From the human T2T-CHM13v2.0 reference genome, Homo sapiens: a stretch of 64,000 nucleotides of DNA. The position numbers were made by a program, and so were the translations under genes. Within the stretch, counting starts at the first letter, position 1. Every line of letters starts with the position of its first letter. The stretch lies in NCBI RefSeq assembly GCF_009914755.1, contig NC_060942.1; one strand, written 5' to 3'. A model generated the notes under the pieces. It saw nothing but the letters and a program-made list of their open reading frames with translations. It searched no databases and was not told the origin of the DNA. Shown here in pieces: positions 1-12,470 of this stretch.

Positions 1-110
1 ACTGAAGTCAGGCCCCTGAACCTTCTCCTAGACCCATATGTGCATTTCCTTGTAAAATCCAGTTTTAGCAAGAGCCCTGTTAAGACAGTTTAGCAATAAC
101 CTTTCATCCT
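1..110. mobile_element. ERV1 (MER4-group-like) LTR fragment, truncated at a (TA)n tract
   Basis: 'cttgtaaaatccagttttagcaagagccctgttaagacagtttagcaataacc' resembles MER4-group LTR consensus as recalled; subfamily not determinable. Confidence 0.5.
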
Positions 111-134
111 TTATATATATATATATATAAAATA

Positions 135-538
135 ACTGTAGATTCCAGTTAATTAGTCCGATGTAATTATACATCTTAGGACACCACACAGGCAAGAGTT
201 TCATATCCTCTTCCTTCATTGTCTGGACCAGAAAACATATATTATAGTAATGTTATATATATATAAAATATAATGTTATATATATATAATGTAATGTTTT
301 ATATATATATAAAAATATAATGTAATATATTAAAGAGTGTATCTCTTATCCCTCTGGTCAGGGAGAACAAGATAAATGACTGGGTTCCCCAGATCACAGG
401 TGTTGTTTTTCGAACTTCCTTGATGGTGGACAAGGTTCTTTGGCCAGCAGCTCTGGTTACCCTAAGTGCTGCTGGCCAGCACTTATATATATAATATATA
501 TATTTATATATAATGTAATATATATGTATATATGTATG

Positions 539-600
<62 letters not shown>

Positions 601-709
601 ATGTAATGTTTTCTGGTCCAGACAATGAAGGAAGAGGATATGAAACTCTTGCCTGTGTGGTGTTGTAAGATGTATAATTACATCAGACTAATTAACTGGA
701 ATCTACAGT
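135..709. repeat. 104-bp inverted repeat pair (135-238 / 606-709) enclosing (TA)n/(CA)n tracts
   Basis: Manual alignment: reverse complement of 135-238 matches 606-709 with 3 mismatches. Confidence 0.95.
483..600. repeat. Compound (TA)n-(CA)n microsatellite
   Basis: Direct inspection; pure CA run ~542-588. Confidence 0.95.
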
Positions 710-2984
710 GCTGGGGACATTGAAACAAGGTTCAGCTACATCATATGAACAGGCCCACTCACCCAGATGAGGCTGGCAGGTCTGTAGACCACTGGGGGTC
801 TGCCATGCCAGTCATTGCACAGCTTTAGCAAGCTCCATCTGCTACCTGTGAACCAGTGCTCAGCTGGCTAAGTATATCTGGAGGATTTTTCCTTCCTCAC
901 AGCGTCAAACGGCAGGCGGCAGGCACAGACCAGAGCTGGCCAGTTCCTCCATCAGGGTTGTGTGCAGATGTCGACTGTCCTTCAGGGGGTCTAGATAGCC
1001 TGTGGCCCTCAGACACCCTGTGTGAAAACCCTTGTCTTCAAAGTGTATGCAGGAAGGAGGCTGCACAAGGACACAGATAATAGGGGCTCTGCTTGTGATG
1101 TTCTCAAGGGCAGGACTGCAGCTTAGCAGCTTCTAATCGTTGAGAACCCAAATTCCTCATATTCACCATATTTTGTCCTTTAAAACTACACAAGGTTAAG
1201 TATTTGCATCCATTGACTACACCTTGCACACAAGATACCTTAGTTACTAAGATGGCAAGGAACTTGCTCAAGACTGTACAGCTTTCACACTCCCGCATAT
1301 ACCCAATATCTAGCACAATGCGTGACACACTATAGGAGTAATTAATTGTGCTTTGATTTTAATTCAACGTAATTTCTCTTTAAGTTCACAAATTTTTCAA
1401 CTTATTATTTTTGTGGGCTTAAGGAAACATACTCTATTCTCTTGTAAGGCAGAGGTAAATCCAGTGCTGATATTGATGTTGAAAATGTTAATTACAAGGA
1501 TATTGATGACAATATTGTTGTTAACACAAAGCAAAAGGCAAAGATTGGAGAGGATCAATCCTCCAGATGTCACATTTTGAGCCCTCCATTTTTGCACATG
1601 GAATCTTTTGCTGCTCCATTTCCTCACTATCTACTGAAACAATCCAAGGGAGCATTGGTTTAATATGTGGCTGGTGACACCCAACTCCACCTGGCTGGTC
1701 ATGGGCTCCACCTAACACAGAGGCCACGCACAGCCCCAAACCCTCCCTTTGCTCTTCAGCAGTCTTTGTGCTACTCCCTGAGCTTTATTTTTAAAAGCCT
1801 CATGGGGGCAGTGAATCTACAAATATTGTATTTCAATCTACAATGGGCTTTAGCTCAAGGTCAGAAGCTATGCCTGAGACAGATGGCCCAGGGCTTTGCT
1901 GGCACTTCAGGGAAGTGTGTTAGACACACAGGAATGGTCTTTGCAGTTGCTTATGATGGGGGTGGAGACAAAAGCCTAAGGAGAGGGTTTTGAGATTTGA
2001 GATGCTCATGATTTCTTTGTCCATGAGTAAGAAGTGCATTTTAATCTTTCTGCAGCCATATCCTGCCATCTGGCCTTGTGGCAAAATCCAGAGAATTGTG
2101 CCTGAAGACCAAAGGCAGAACATGGCCCTGACTCTTGTGTAACTTCCCCCAAAGTCCTCGTCAGTCAGGAGACACTATTGTGCTGCCATGGGCAGCAGTG
2201 TTTGATAAACAGCAGTCCCGCATTTCCCTCCCATCTGTGTACGCAAAAGAATCCATAAATTAGAATTTCATGCCTCATTTTTATTTCTTTAGTGCTAAAT
2301 GCAATGTCAACTTCGAAATTCCCAGGGGCAACAGATTGTGAATATTCAATAAATCACGCCACTTCTTTTGCACTGTTTTCTTGTTTTTATAGTGATACAG
2401 TTGAACTAGGTAATTTTCAAGGTCCCTTTCAGGTCAAAATCCAACTATTTTTGAGAATCCTGAGATCCAATGAGCACTGCTCAAAGGCTGAAGATATTAA
2501 CACTGGAGTAGGTGGCACACAGCCTCACATCTCCTACCCAGACAGGCAGGTGCCAAGGACATAGCAAAAGGCAGCAATGTTTGTATGTGAAATTTCCACT
2601 TTATAAAGCACCCTTACGAGGCTACCTATGTCTGCTAAAGCTGGGAAATCCTTTTTTTCTTTGAAGGTCCTAGCTGGCTGCCTCCTTCCACTGATGCTCC
2701 AGGCAGCATTGGGGCACAGTATGATGGTCAGGGGCGAGGAGATGGCCAGCCCTTCACAGCTTTCCCTGGCATCAACCCAAGGTAACTTAGCTGATGCCCT
2801 GTGTCTCAGCTCTTCATCTGGAAATGGGTAAGGAGGATGCTGTTTGTGACATTTGTGTGTCCACAGGTTGGCTAAAGGTTTGATAATGAGTATCAGCCTT
2901 TGTAAGGTGCTTGCCAGTTGACAGAGAGCTTCCATCTTCATGCTGTCTTATCCACCAGGAAGACTAACTAAATATTATTATTAT

Positions 2985-3110
2985 TGTCGCCCTTTTATAG
3001 ATGAAGCAACTAAAGCACCAAGGAGATTGAGTGAGTTGCCCTTTGTATGAGAGCAAGTAAGTGGCAGACTCGAACCCAGATACTTAGACGCTAATCCAGG
3101 GCTTTCCCCT
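2985..3110. mobile_element. MIR SINE fragment
   Basis: MIR core-like 'cccttttatagatgaagcaactaaagcaccaaggagattgagtgagttgccc...gtaagtggcagactcgaacccag'. Confidence 0.7.
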
Positions 3111-3437
3111 ATGCCACACTGTCCCCAAGCAATTCTAGACTGAATCTGTCCATAACTTTGTTTACCATCATTCTTGCCCATGTAATCACTTGGCATGTAG
3201 ACCCTCCAGCTGCTGCCTTTTATTCTGTCTGTCCCTTCTACCTTATTTGCATTTCTCATTACCTGGTGCTCTCAATGAAAAGGAACTTTAGTGATTACTA
3301 TTTTGTTTACTTTGTTACATCTATACTCCCCAAGGAATGTTTAATAGATAAGCAGTTTTGGAAAAATATCAAGGAAAGTGAGCAACGATCTATCTTGATG
3401 CCTACAATGAACAAAATTTGCTCGTGCAGTTCTCATG

Positions 3438-4020
3438 TCCATCCTTCCATCCAACCATGCATCCAACCCAAAATGTAGACACGCATCATCCACTAATCCT
3501 TCCATCCACCTTTCCATCCATCCATCCACATACCGACCCACCTATCTACCCACCTATCCATCTACCTCATCCACCCACATATACATCCATCCAGTCACCT
3601 AACCACCTATCCATCCATCCAACCATCCACTCACCTATTCATCCACCCATCCACCCACCTATTCAGCCACTCACTCACTCACCTACCCATCCATCCACCC
3701 ATCTGTCTATCCACCCACCCATCTTTTCATCTATCTACCCACCCACCCACCCATCTATCCACCTATTCATCCACCCAACCATACTATCTACACAACCCAC
3801 CTATCAACCCACCCATTCACCCATCCATCCACCCACCTACCCACCTACCCATCCACCCACTCTTTCCACCAATCTAACCATCCACCTATCCATCCACCCA
3901 CCCATGCACCCACCCACCCATCTATCTACCTACACTCCCATCCACTCACCCATCTACTCCACTCACCCACCCATTCACCCATCCATCCATCCATCCATCC
4001 ATCCATCCATCCATCCATCC
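3438..4020. repeat. Degenerate (TCCA/CCCA)n simple repeat
   Basis: Continuous ccat/ccac/ctat tetramers ending in pure (TCCA)n; explains the His/Pro ORF 3418-4059. Confidence 0.95.
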
Positions 4021-4859
4021 AATATTGGCTATATACCTACTATTGACCAGGATGTCTGAAATACCTCTGGCTACGATATTGAGCAAAAACTACATGGGAC
4101 CTTATCGTCAAAGAAGTAAATAGGTACAATTATGTGTGAGGTGCGTTCTGGTCGGGGGGGTGCAAGTGTAAATGGAGCCTTCTGCCACTCTGGCCTTAAG
4201 CCCTTGTTTAGCTCCCATGTTCCCTCACAGGCATTCCACGAAGATGGTTGATTTATCATCAAAGGGCATTATTCTTTTGGTACTTTCACAGGCTGACTTA
4301 TCCCATTTAGTTATCCATGTGTATGTGTTATTTCTTTACATGTATGTATAGGTGCTTGGTTGCTTGAGCTGAAATCCCACACTTGGCTAGAGCAGATTAA
4401 AGGTGCGGTGGCCTTTCCGAGCACTTATTACTTTGTGAATGTCCAAGGTGCTTTTGTGTTTAGCTGAAGGTGATGATGGGCTTGTTTTTGTTTTGGTGGT
4501 ATGGCAGGGAGGGAGGTTGAAAGAGGGTATGGAAGGGCACAGCTTCCCCTCTGCCCTCTGGTCTGGACTGGCCTTTAAGGAGGGTGCATTTGGGGCCAAG
4601 AACTAAGAAAGCTCTTCTATTACAGACATTATGAGACTGAGTTTTCCCCGTTCTGTCAGGTTCCTGCATTCATCTGGCACCCTAAGGCGGCTAGCTTTGA
4701 GCATTGGAGGACAGTAACAGAAGGAGGAGACTCACGTTCTCCCAGTGAACCATAAGCAAGGCCAAGGAGGGGGCCCTGCCAGTCTTCAGTGTCATGGTGC
4801 CCACATGAGGGAGTCTGAGAGGAGAAGGAGGTGGTAGGTGCAGCTGAAAGGCTGCCTGG

Positions 4860-5620
4860 GAGAAGGGAAGTTCCCGCGGACACGCTCAGGAATCTTCTAG
4901 GGGTGCGGCTGCTGAGGGTCCTGGGGTAGCCCGTGGAAGAGACGGGCCAGGAAGCCCCACCTCACATCCCTAATGCATAGAGGGCACAGGGGCCGGGGAC
5001 CCCCACTCACACAGGCTGCATTTGCTGTGCTTCTTCCTCCACCGCCCAGGGCCAAGGGTCAGATTCACCTCCTCCGCGCCTTGTTTTGCAGCCTGCGCGG
5101 CTGCCGGGACATGTGGGGCTCTGAGCAGGCGCGGTGGGCAGGCTCCTCTGGTTTGTGGGAGTGCTACGAATGCCTGGGCTCAAAGCTTGGCCTTGATGAC
5201 GTCTTAACAGTGGCTTCCCAAGTTGCCCCATGGAATTCTCTCCTCCTGGTGTTTGGCTGCTGCACCCCGTGCAGGCCTGTCCTGCTGCGGAAACTCCTCT
5301 CCCTCCTGCCGCCTCAATACAGTTGACTCCTCCCGTGCCTGAGCGCCCTGCTTGTCAGCTCCCCGTGGTCCTCTCCAGGGTCCGGTGCTTTCCGTGGAAT
5401 GTCCAGAAAACTCCACCTTCCTCTCTTTTGGTGCTCTTCACCTTTCCACCTGTGATGGAAGCCGCTTCTGCGCAGGGCTCCTCTCCCCCTCTCTCCCATC
5501 TTCTCCTGGTCAGCGGGGGCTGTGGGGGAGAATTTTGCCTCCTGGAGAGCTTGGCACATACTGGACACCCAACCGAGGACAGCGGCGCCTTCCTGCTAAC
5601 CTCTCCTGTCAAGGACTGCT
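4860..5620. promoter_or_regulatory. GC-rich, CpG-enriched patch (weak CpG-island-like)
   Basis: Many retained CpGs relative to flanks (ccgcgcc, gcgcgg, gcggcgcc); CRE-like tgacgtc near 5197. Confidence 0.4.
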
Positions 5621-6454
5621 TATTACCAAGGGGCAAGGACGACTCCTTTATATGTCACCTCAGGGCAGCATTTAAGTCAAGATTTAAAATTCTCGATGCT
5701 GCACAGGAGAAGTCACTGGGACAAACAATTTCCTTTGGAAGTTACAGTTTGATGCCTTTCAGCGAGTTAAGCAGACACTGAGCCCACCCTGAACTCTAAC
5801 TGTAGGCCCCCCCTTTTTTAAAACAAACAAACAAATAAAAACCTAGCATTATGGGCACATAGATCATGGCTATAAAGAGCCACAATGGAAACCCCCCAAA
5901 AGCCAGCTCAATTATCAGCATCAAAACTGCTGAGCATTTAAAGGAGCATCTCGACGAAGGTAATTATGGGACCAGCATCATTCTGCTCATTCTCAGTCCT
6001 TCAGCCTATACAGCGCACTCTGAGATGATGTTTTCCTCTTGTTTATTTAGTTGATCTCCAAGAGCAGGGAGGATTTATCCCCACTAATCCGTGGACCATA
6101 AATCCAGCTCAGGCGGGCTGCAGCCCCGTCCTGCTTGGCCCCAAGCTCAGATGCCCAGTGGAAAACATCACAGTGATTGGGTGAGGGCAGCACATCACGC
6201 TCACTGTTCTCATTCTGGCCGGGAGATTCCTTGGCACAACTTGTCCCAAATTCCATTACAGCAACGTGATGGAAATTTCCTGGCATCAAGGATTTGTGCA
6301 GCCCAGTGTGCACACAGTGAGCATTTGACTCTGCATAGCAAAAATGACACAATCTGTATAGAGCTGTGTGGTTAGTAAAATGCTTTCACATCCCATCCCA
6401 GGTCTTTTTGATTCTCAGAACTATCTGTGAGGTAGCCAGGGCAACTGTCAAATG

Positions 6455-6830
6455 CAGTATAATTAGAGTTCTTTGGTGGCAAGTAACAGCAACTGATTTT
6501 TGCTAACTTTAGCAAAAAAGGAATTTATTGGGGGAGGGAGGATATAGAGGGACTCATATAGTTGAAGGATCAGCTAAAGAACCAGGCTGAGATAAATCGG
6601 CTTATATTGTCCATCCTTGGGACCCTATGCTCATGAGTCAAATGAGCTGGGAGAAATTCCAAGAGGCCCAGCATGGGTCAGCACCTGTCCCCTGTGTAGG
6701 GTGGGGTCTCTTTGCTGATAGAGGCCTGCCAGGAGGATCAACAGTGGAGGGTTATTGGGGCCAGAGCTGAGGGAGTTTATTCTCAAAATGAATCTGAGAT
6801 TCTCTTATCAGGTTAAGGAGGTCGATAGGT
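6455..6830 (-). mobile_element. Old MaLR LTR (MLT1-family)
   Basis: 'ttagagttctttggtggcaagtaacagcaactga...aaaaaaggaatttattgg' is typical of an MLT1 terminus. Confidence 0.55.
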
Positions 6831-8633
6831 CGAAACCGACCATGTGTATCATCACCTCCACTTTGCAGATAAGGAAATCAAGATGCCAAGAAGTTCAGTG
6901 ATTTATCCAGAAAGCCACAAATGTGAAGCTAAGGCTTTAATTCAAGCCATCTGACTGAAGTCCAGTGAGCTCCCAGCCTGCGTTCTGAATTTATTGTGGA
7001 AACAATGCAAGATCAGCAAAGACCACTTTGAAGATACCCATCAAGCCACCGGTGTAACATTTGCCCATTTCTTCCCAGACTTGCCCTCAGTTCATTTTCT
7101 TTGTCATCCAGTTTCAGTCCCAGTGTCCCTGTGCCCTGCCCACTCATCCGCATTCTCCTCGGACTGGTATCTTCGGCAGGCTTTGGTTTTATGGTGCAAA
7201 TGGCAAACCACCAACAGCAGAAGGAAGTTTTGTTTGGAGTCAGGGGATGCCTTGTAAGTTACAGAAATTTACAAGGGCAAAGGCAGCCATGTGCTCAAGA
7301 TTTAAACTTCCTCTAGATGCTTCTTGACAGAAACCATTGGGACAAGTCTTCAACTTCTGAAATTATATTTTGAAGGCAGTGCCACACTTTTGCTGAGGGT
7401 GAGTGGGTGGATTACTACATGAAGGGACAGTAGGAGATGCCTCTGTTAATGGATTATTCTTTCATGGGGTTATCCACACAAAAACAACACAACTCAATGT
7501 CAAGTGCCTTTTAGGCCTCCCTTTAATTTTAAGGATCTGAAGAAGGAGGTAGCAGATGGAGACACTGAGCCACAGAGCCACACACCTACAGCCATATGAT
7601 AAATCAGCCATGAGTCCAGAGAACCAAGTCTACTTTTCCTGATTCCAGAGGCTCTGGATGAAGTCAAAGCAATTGTGTTCCAGGTGCTTGTTGCTGTTTT
7701 CAAGATGAGTGCACAGCCAACATTGGTGCCTCGATGGGCCTATCTCCTTCCTGGAATGGTAAGCCACAGTACCCGTCCCAAAAGGATGAGCTCTGAGAGG
7801 AGCTGAGCGTACAGGGACTCTGAGACAGAGCCCCAGCATTGTGGAAAATGTGATGGCTAGAATCTGAGGACACCTGGGACTGTTATGTTTAAACTGCCAA
7901 CAGCTCTTCTGTTTTTCTAGGTGGAAGTTTGGGTTATTCTTTCCAATTACTTCTTTGGGGGAAAAGACTTCAAAGGGCCTTTGGTTGCATCCTACAGTAC
8001 ATCGGGGAGCAGCCACAGTCACATGGAGGTGAAGAACCCTTTCCTTATGTTCTGTTCAGTTCTTGCCTATGGCCAAGCTAAGCCCTGTTGGATCTGGGCC
8101 AGAGCCAGGTGATATTTACTGCCCTACACACACTTTTGGCTCCCATGCACCTCGGTCAAGGGTCCCTGTCCTCTTGACCAGGGCGGTGATGGGGCTCATG
8201 GAGTGGTGCAGTGCCCTGGTCAGCTGGTATCTCAATGGCCTGGACTCTGGAGGGAAGGTCCTGGGTGCCTCCTTTCTTTCTTGCCCATTGTTGGGGAACA
8301 GACCTTGCGGGATGGGCTCTCTTGGCTCCTAGCTTGGGATTTTGGATGAAAGGCTTGGACCTCTGCTCCACGAGTGGTGAATTGTAATTCTGATTTAAAT
8401 ATGATCAGATATTTTAGAGCCGTATGAAGGGAAGAAAGAAGTGCATTTATGATCCAGTTCTTAAAATAAGAAACTTGAACTTACTAGTCTGATAGCATGG
8501 ACTGACATAATTGCATTCTGCAGATCATCATGCAGAGCTGGTTTAGATAAGGTATCTTTTCTCCCCCTTGCTGATTTTTGGAGAGGGAGAGGCCCTGGAC
8601 ACTGGTAGAGGCACCATTATAAAAGCACTCAGA

Positions 8634-8804
8634 GGCGGGTCGCAGTGTCACATGCCTGTAATCCGAGCATTTTGGGAGGCTGAGGTGAGAGGATTGCTTG
8701 AGCCCAGGAGTTCGAAGCTACAGTGAGCTATGATTGTGCCACTTCACTCCAGCCTGGGAGACAGAGCAAATGAGACCCTGTCTCAAAAAATTTTTTTTTA
8801 AATA
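8634..8804 (+). mobile_element. Monomeric Alu (FRAM/FAM-like) with TSD
   Basis: Single-arm Alu sequence; flanking direct repeats ataaaagcactcaga / ataaaagcattctga. Confidence 0.85.
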
Positions 8805-9850
8805 ATAAAAGCATTCTGAAAGAGTGGTGGTGGGTAAATCACACAATTCGTCTTTCTAATTGGGAAACTCATTGGGTGAAAGGGGCAGCTGGAAACAACC
8901 AGTCCAGGATATATCGGATGATAGCTGGACTGTAACTGCCATGCAAGCTGAGATACTGGAGGGCTGGGGACCCTATGGACACTGTTTGCAGTTGTATCTG
9001 GCATTCATTTTTAATATATTTCTTTTCTCCTCTTTTTTGTCATTCCCCCTGTTATCCACAAGTCCTCAATATATTTTTGTAGAAGTTACAGCCCGATCTT
9101 AGTGCTGGGAAAATCGAGGGAGGGGCTTGTGTCCATGGTAGCAGGAAAGGATACAGGAACAGGGACAGAGCCTGGGGAAACCGCTGTGATAGCAGGCAGT
9201 GGGGTGCACGTCCTCCTTGTGATGAGGCAGCCAGCCGAGGAGACCAATGACAGCAGCCTGGACCCACGGGCTCTGCAGATCTTCTATGGGCGTCCCAGAG
9301 CCCTTTTGGAGGGAACTTGGTGAAGGATGGGGTTCCCTGCATGTAAGTGTGGAGTGGGGGCTGGACTGTCGTTATCTGGGCATTGAGGGCCATATGGATA
9401 GCACAGAACCAAAGGGACAAATGGCCACTAGACTACCCTATGACTTGGCTCTGATGACTCCCAGACACCGTGCCATTCTCCTTGCTCCGCCTTATCTTCT
9501 GAGAGTCCTGGCATGGCTCCCTGACCCTCCACCTCGTCCGTGTTACTCTACAATGACAGGCCACAATGAGGACACAGAGTCAGCAGAGGGCCAGGCAGCT
9601 GTTCACCTCTCCCATCACACCCAGGTAAAACTCCAGCTCATGTTGGCCCACCTCCTGGAAAAGTCTCTCTGTCAACAGCATTTCAGGATCTCGTATTCAG
9701 AAGACAACAGCTTTAGCGAGGAGGGCACTGTGACTGCAGGTGGGCATCTGTGCTTCCGCCCGTGTGGGACCCCTGGGACACTTACGCTGGGGGAGGATGT
9801 GGTTAGTGGCCACACAAATGCCTAAATCCAAAGACATTGGAAAGTGAATT

Positions 9851-10383
9851 AATTCACTAAAAAATAGGTTGTTTCTTTAGTGAATAAAATAACTTAGATA
9901 CTCCTGGATACTTCATTGAGTCATATTTTGGATGTTTATTTTTATTTATTGATGTTCCTATACCACAGGGATGGACACGGTGGCTCACACCTGTAATTCC
10001 AGCACTTTGGGAGGCCAAGGCAGGTAGATTGCTTAAGTCCAGGAGTTCAACACCTGTCTGGGCAACATGGTGAAACTTTGTCTCTACAAAAAATAAAAAA
10101 ATTAGCTGGGTGTGGCAGCTTGTGCCTGTAGTTCCAGCTACTTGGGAGGATGAGGTGGGAGGATCACCTGAACCCGGGGAAGTCAAGGCTGCAGTAAGCC
10201 ATGATCGTGCCACTGCATTCCAGCCTGGGCGGCAGAGCAAGACCGTGTATCAAAAAAATAAAAAATAAAACTGAATTCACTCAAAAATAGGTTGCTTCTT
10301 CTTTAGTAGATAAAATAACTTAGAGACTTCATTGAATCATATTTTAGATCTTTATTTTTATTTATTGATGTTCTTATGCCACA
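9851..10383. repeat. ~110-117-bp direct repeat (9851-9967 / 10274-10383) bracketing an Alu
   Basis: aattcact..aaaataggttg..ataaaataacttaga..acttcattga.tcatatttt.gat.tttatttttatttattgatgttc..ccaca present on both sides. Confidence 0.9.
9969..10270 (+). mobile_element. AluJ
   Basis: Dimeric Alu with J-type 'gattgcttaagtccagg' and 'gtcaaggctgcagt'; A-tail. Confidence 0.9.
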
Positions 10384-11135
10384 AATTATTGTGAGTCCAT
10401 TTACCAAAATCTCACAACACAAAAGGAAAAAACAGTTGGAGTTAGAGTGACCATAAAATAAGAGATAAAATAAAGGACACCAAGACCAAGAATGGGGGAA
10501 CTGCTCATCTTCCAAATGGAAAAGCGCCCAGACAGCAAGCCCTTGGTGGCAACGCAGTGCATTGAAGGGTTTGTTCTTGGCTCTCTGGTGAGGCTTCCTA
10601 AACATCTCCATCAGGGATGAGGGTCTCAACGTTTGCCTCCAAAAGTTTTTCAGAACTAGACAAGTCCTCCTGCCTCCATAGTGACTGCCCCAAGTTGCCT
10701 CCGTTCCTCCTGCCTGGGCAGTTAAAGTCGATATTCCCTGACTCAGTCTTTTATCTCTCGTAACCTAAGTACTCCCGGGTTGAGTTCAGCTATGCTGGTC
10801 ATGATCTGACTCTTATTTTGTCCTCTTTCCTGAGCTCTAGGCTCCAATTTCAAACTTCTTGCAGCTAGTTCCGCCTCTGGGCCCTGCAGACATCTACTTA
10901 TCAAATGGAACTGAACTGTGTTTCTGCATGTCTATTTTTTCATGTTGGTGAATGACATTTTCTGTCTGGAATGCCTCACGCCCTTGCTTTTCTGCCTAGG
11001 AAATCACTATCGATCTTTTAAGCCCTTCTTAAATGTCACCATGTCTCTGCTGCCCTCTGAGTCATCAGGATGAAGTATCCACACTCTCCTCTGTTCCCGT
11101 GGCACGGGGGCTCTCCTGCCATCATCGGCCTTTAG

Positions 11136-11457
<322 letters not shown>

Positions 11458-12279
11458 TGTCTGCCTGTCTTATTCTAGAGCAAGGGCAGGCTTGCTTTGA
11501 TGGAATACACACACAGACTGGGAGCTGGCACTGTGCTTACTAGCTTACTAGCACTCCAGACATGCTTGTGGATGAATGCATGAGCAGTCAAGGCAAACTC
11601 TTTCCTGACTGGCAGGAAAACAGTCACTGTGAAGTACAGTGTGCCCCACCTGGGGAGGCAGAGCAGAGATGGCTTCTCATCCTAGTGGGCAGGAGCATCT
11701 GCAGGAAGCAGGAACAGAGCATCCTGCAGAGGCCACTGTAAGAACAGGCAGAGCAGAGTATGTTGTTTGTGTCTGACCTCAGGGAAGAACTACAGAGAAT
11801 GAATGCTGTGCTCCAAAACTTGGCGGTAGAAATTATTTGCCTCAACTATGATAAAAAGTTTGCCTGCAGCTGGTCAGTGCCCTGCTGTCTTCACCTCTGA
11901 AACATCCCAGGAGCACTTGAAACTGGTTGTGTTCTGGGAGATTACTCAAGGCAATTTCTCCCTAAGCCTGGGAAAACACGAGGGCTCAATTAAGCAAAAC
12001 ACTGATAGATAAGTTAAGAATGTAAAGGAAAAACTAAGAGCTTTATGTCAATGATTAAGTATTTCTGTTTCTTTAAAGCTTGCCCCGTATTATGCAAATA
12101 CATTACAGTTAAGTGTTGGCTACATAACATTGGAAGAGGATGTGGTTAATGGCAAAACAAATCCCCAAAGAAAAAAAAAGTTGAAAAGCTGATTCATCTT
12201 AAAAATATTTCAGATGACTTAAAATATTTAAGGTTCATTTTGGACTTTTTGACAAGTAAAGACCCAAATATGAGCAAAT

Positions 12280-12470
12280 TAAACCATTAAGGCTCTTTCA
12301 GTATGGAATGACAAAAAGTGAAAAAGGGTAAGACCACCAGGTTGTTAAAATCATGAGAAGCTTAGATTGGGCAAAGGTTCAGTCTGGAGGCCACAGTAAA
12401 GGAATATACCCGAAGACAAGAAGGTAGTTAGTGTCAGGGCCTATAAAAATGTTTAAAAGTGTTGAGTAAA
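12280..12470 (+). mobile_element. Possible CR1/L3 LINE fragment
   Basis: 'ggctctttcagtatggaatgacaaaaagtgaaaaaggg...gttgttaaaatcatgagaag' resembles the CR1/L3 3' region as recalled. Confidence 0.35.

Noticed and set aside
3418-4059. 213-aa His/Pro-rich ORF
   Set aside because: Translation of the (TCCA)n repeat, which lacks stops; non-ATG start
5230-5781. 183-aa ORF and overlapping ORFs
   Set aside because: GC-rich stop-poor region; no recognisable domain; ORFs of similar length in several frames on both strands
9247-9825. 192-aa ORF
   Set aside because: No family resemblance and no supporting exon structure; compatible with chance
9857-10240. Alu-derived ORFs (also 14106, 29569, 29675, 34764, 37643, 40209)
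   Set aside because: Typical antisense Alu translations
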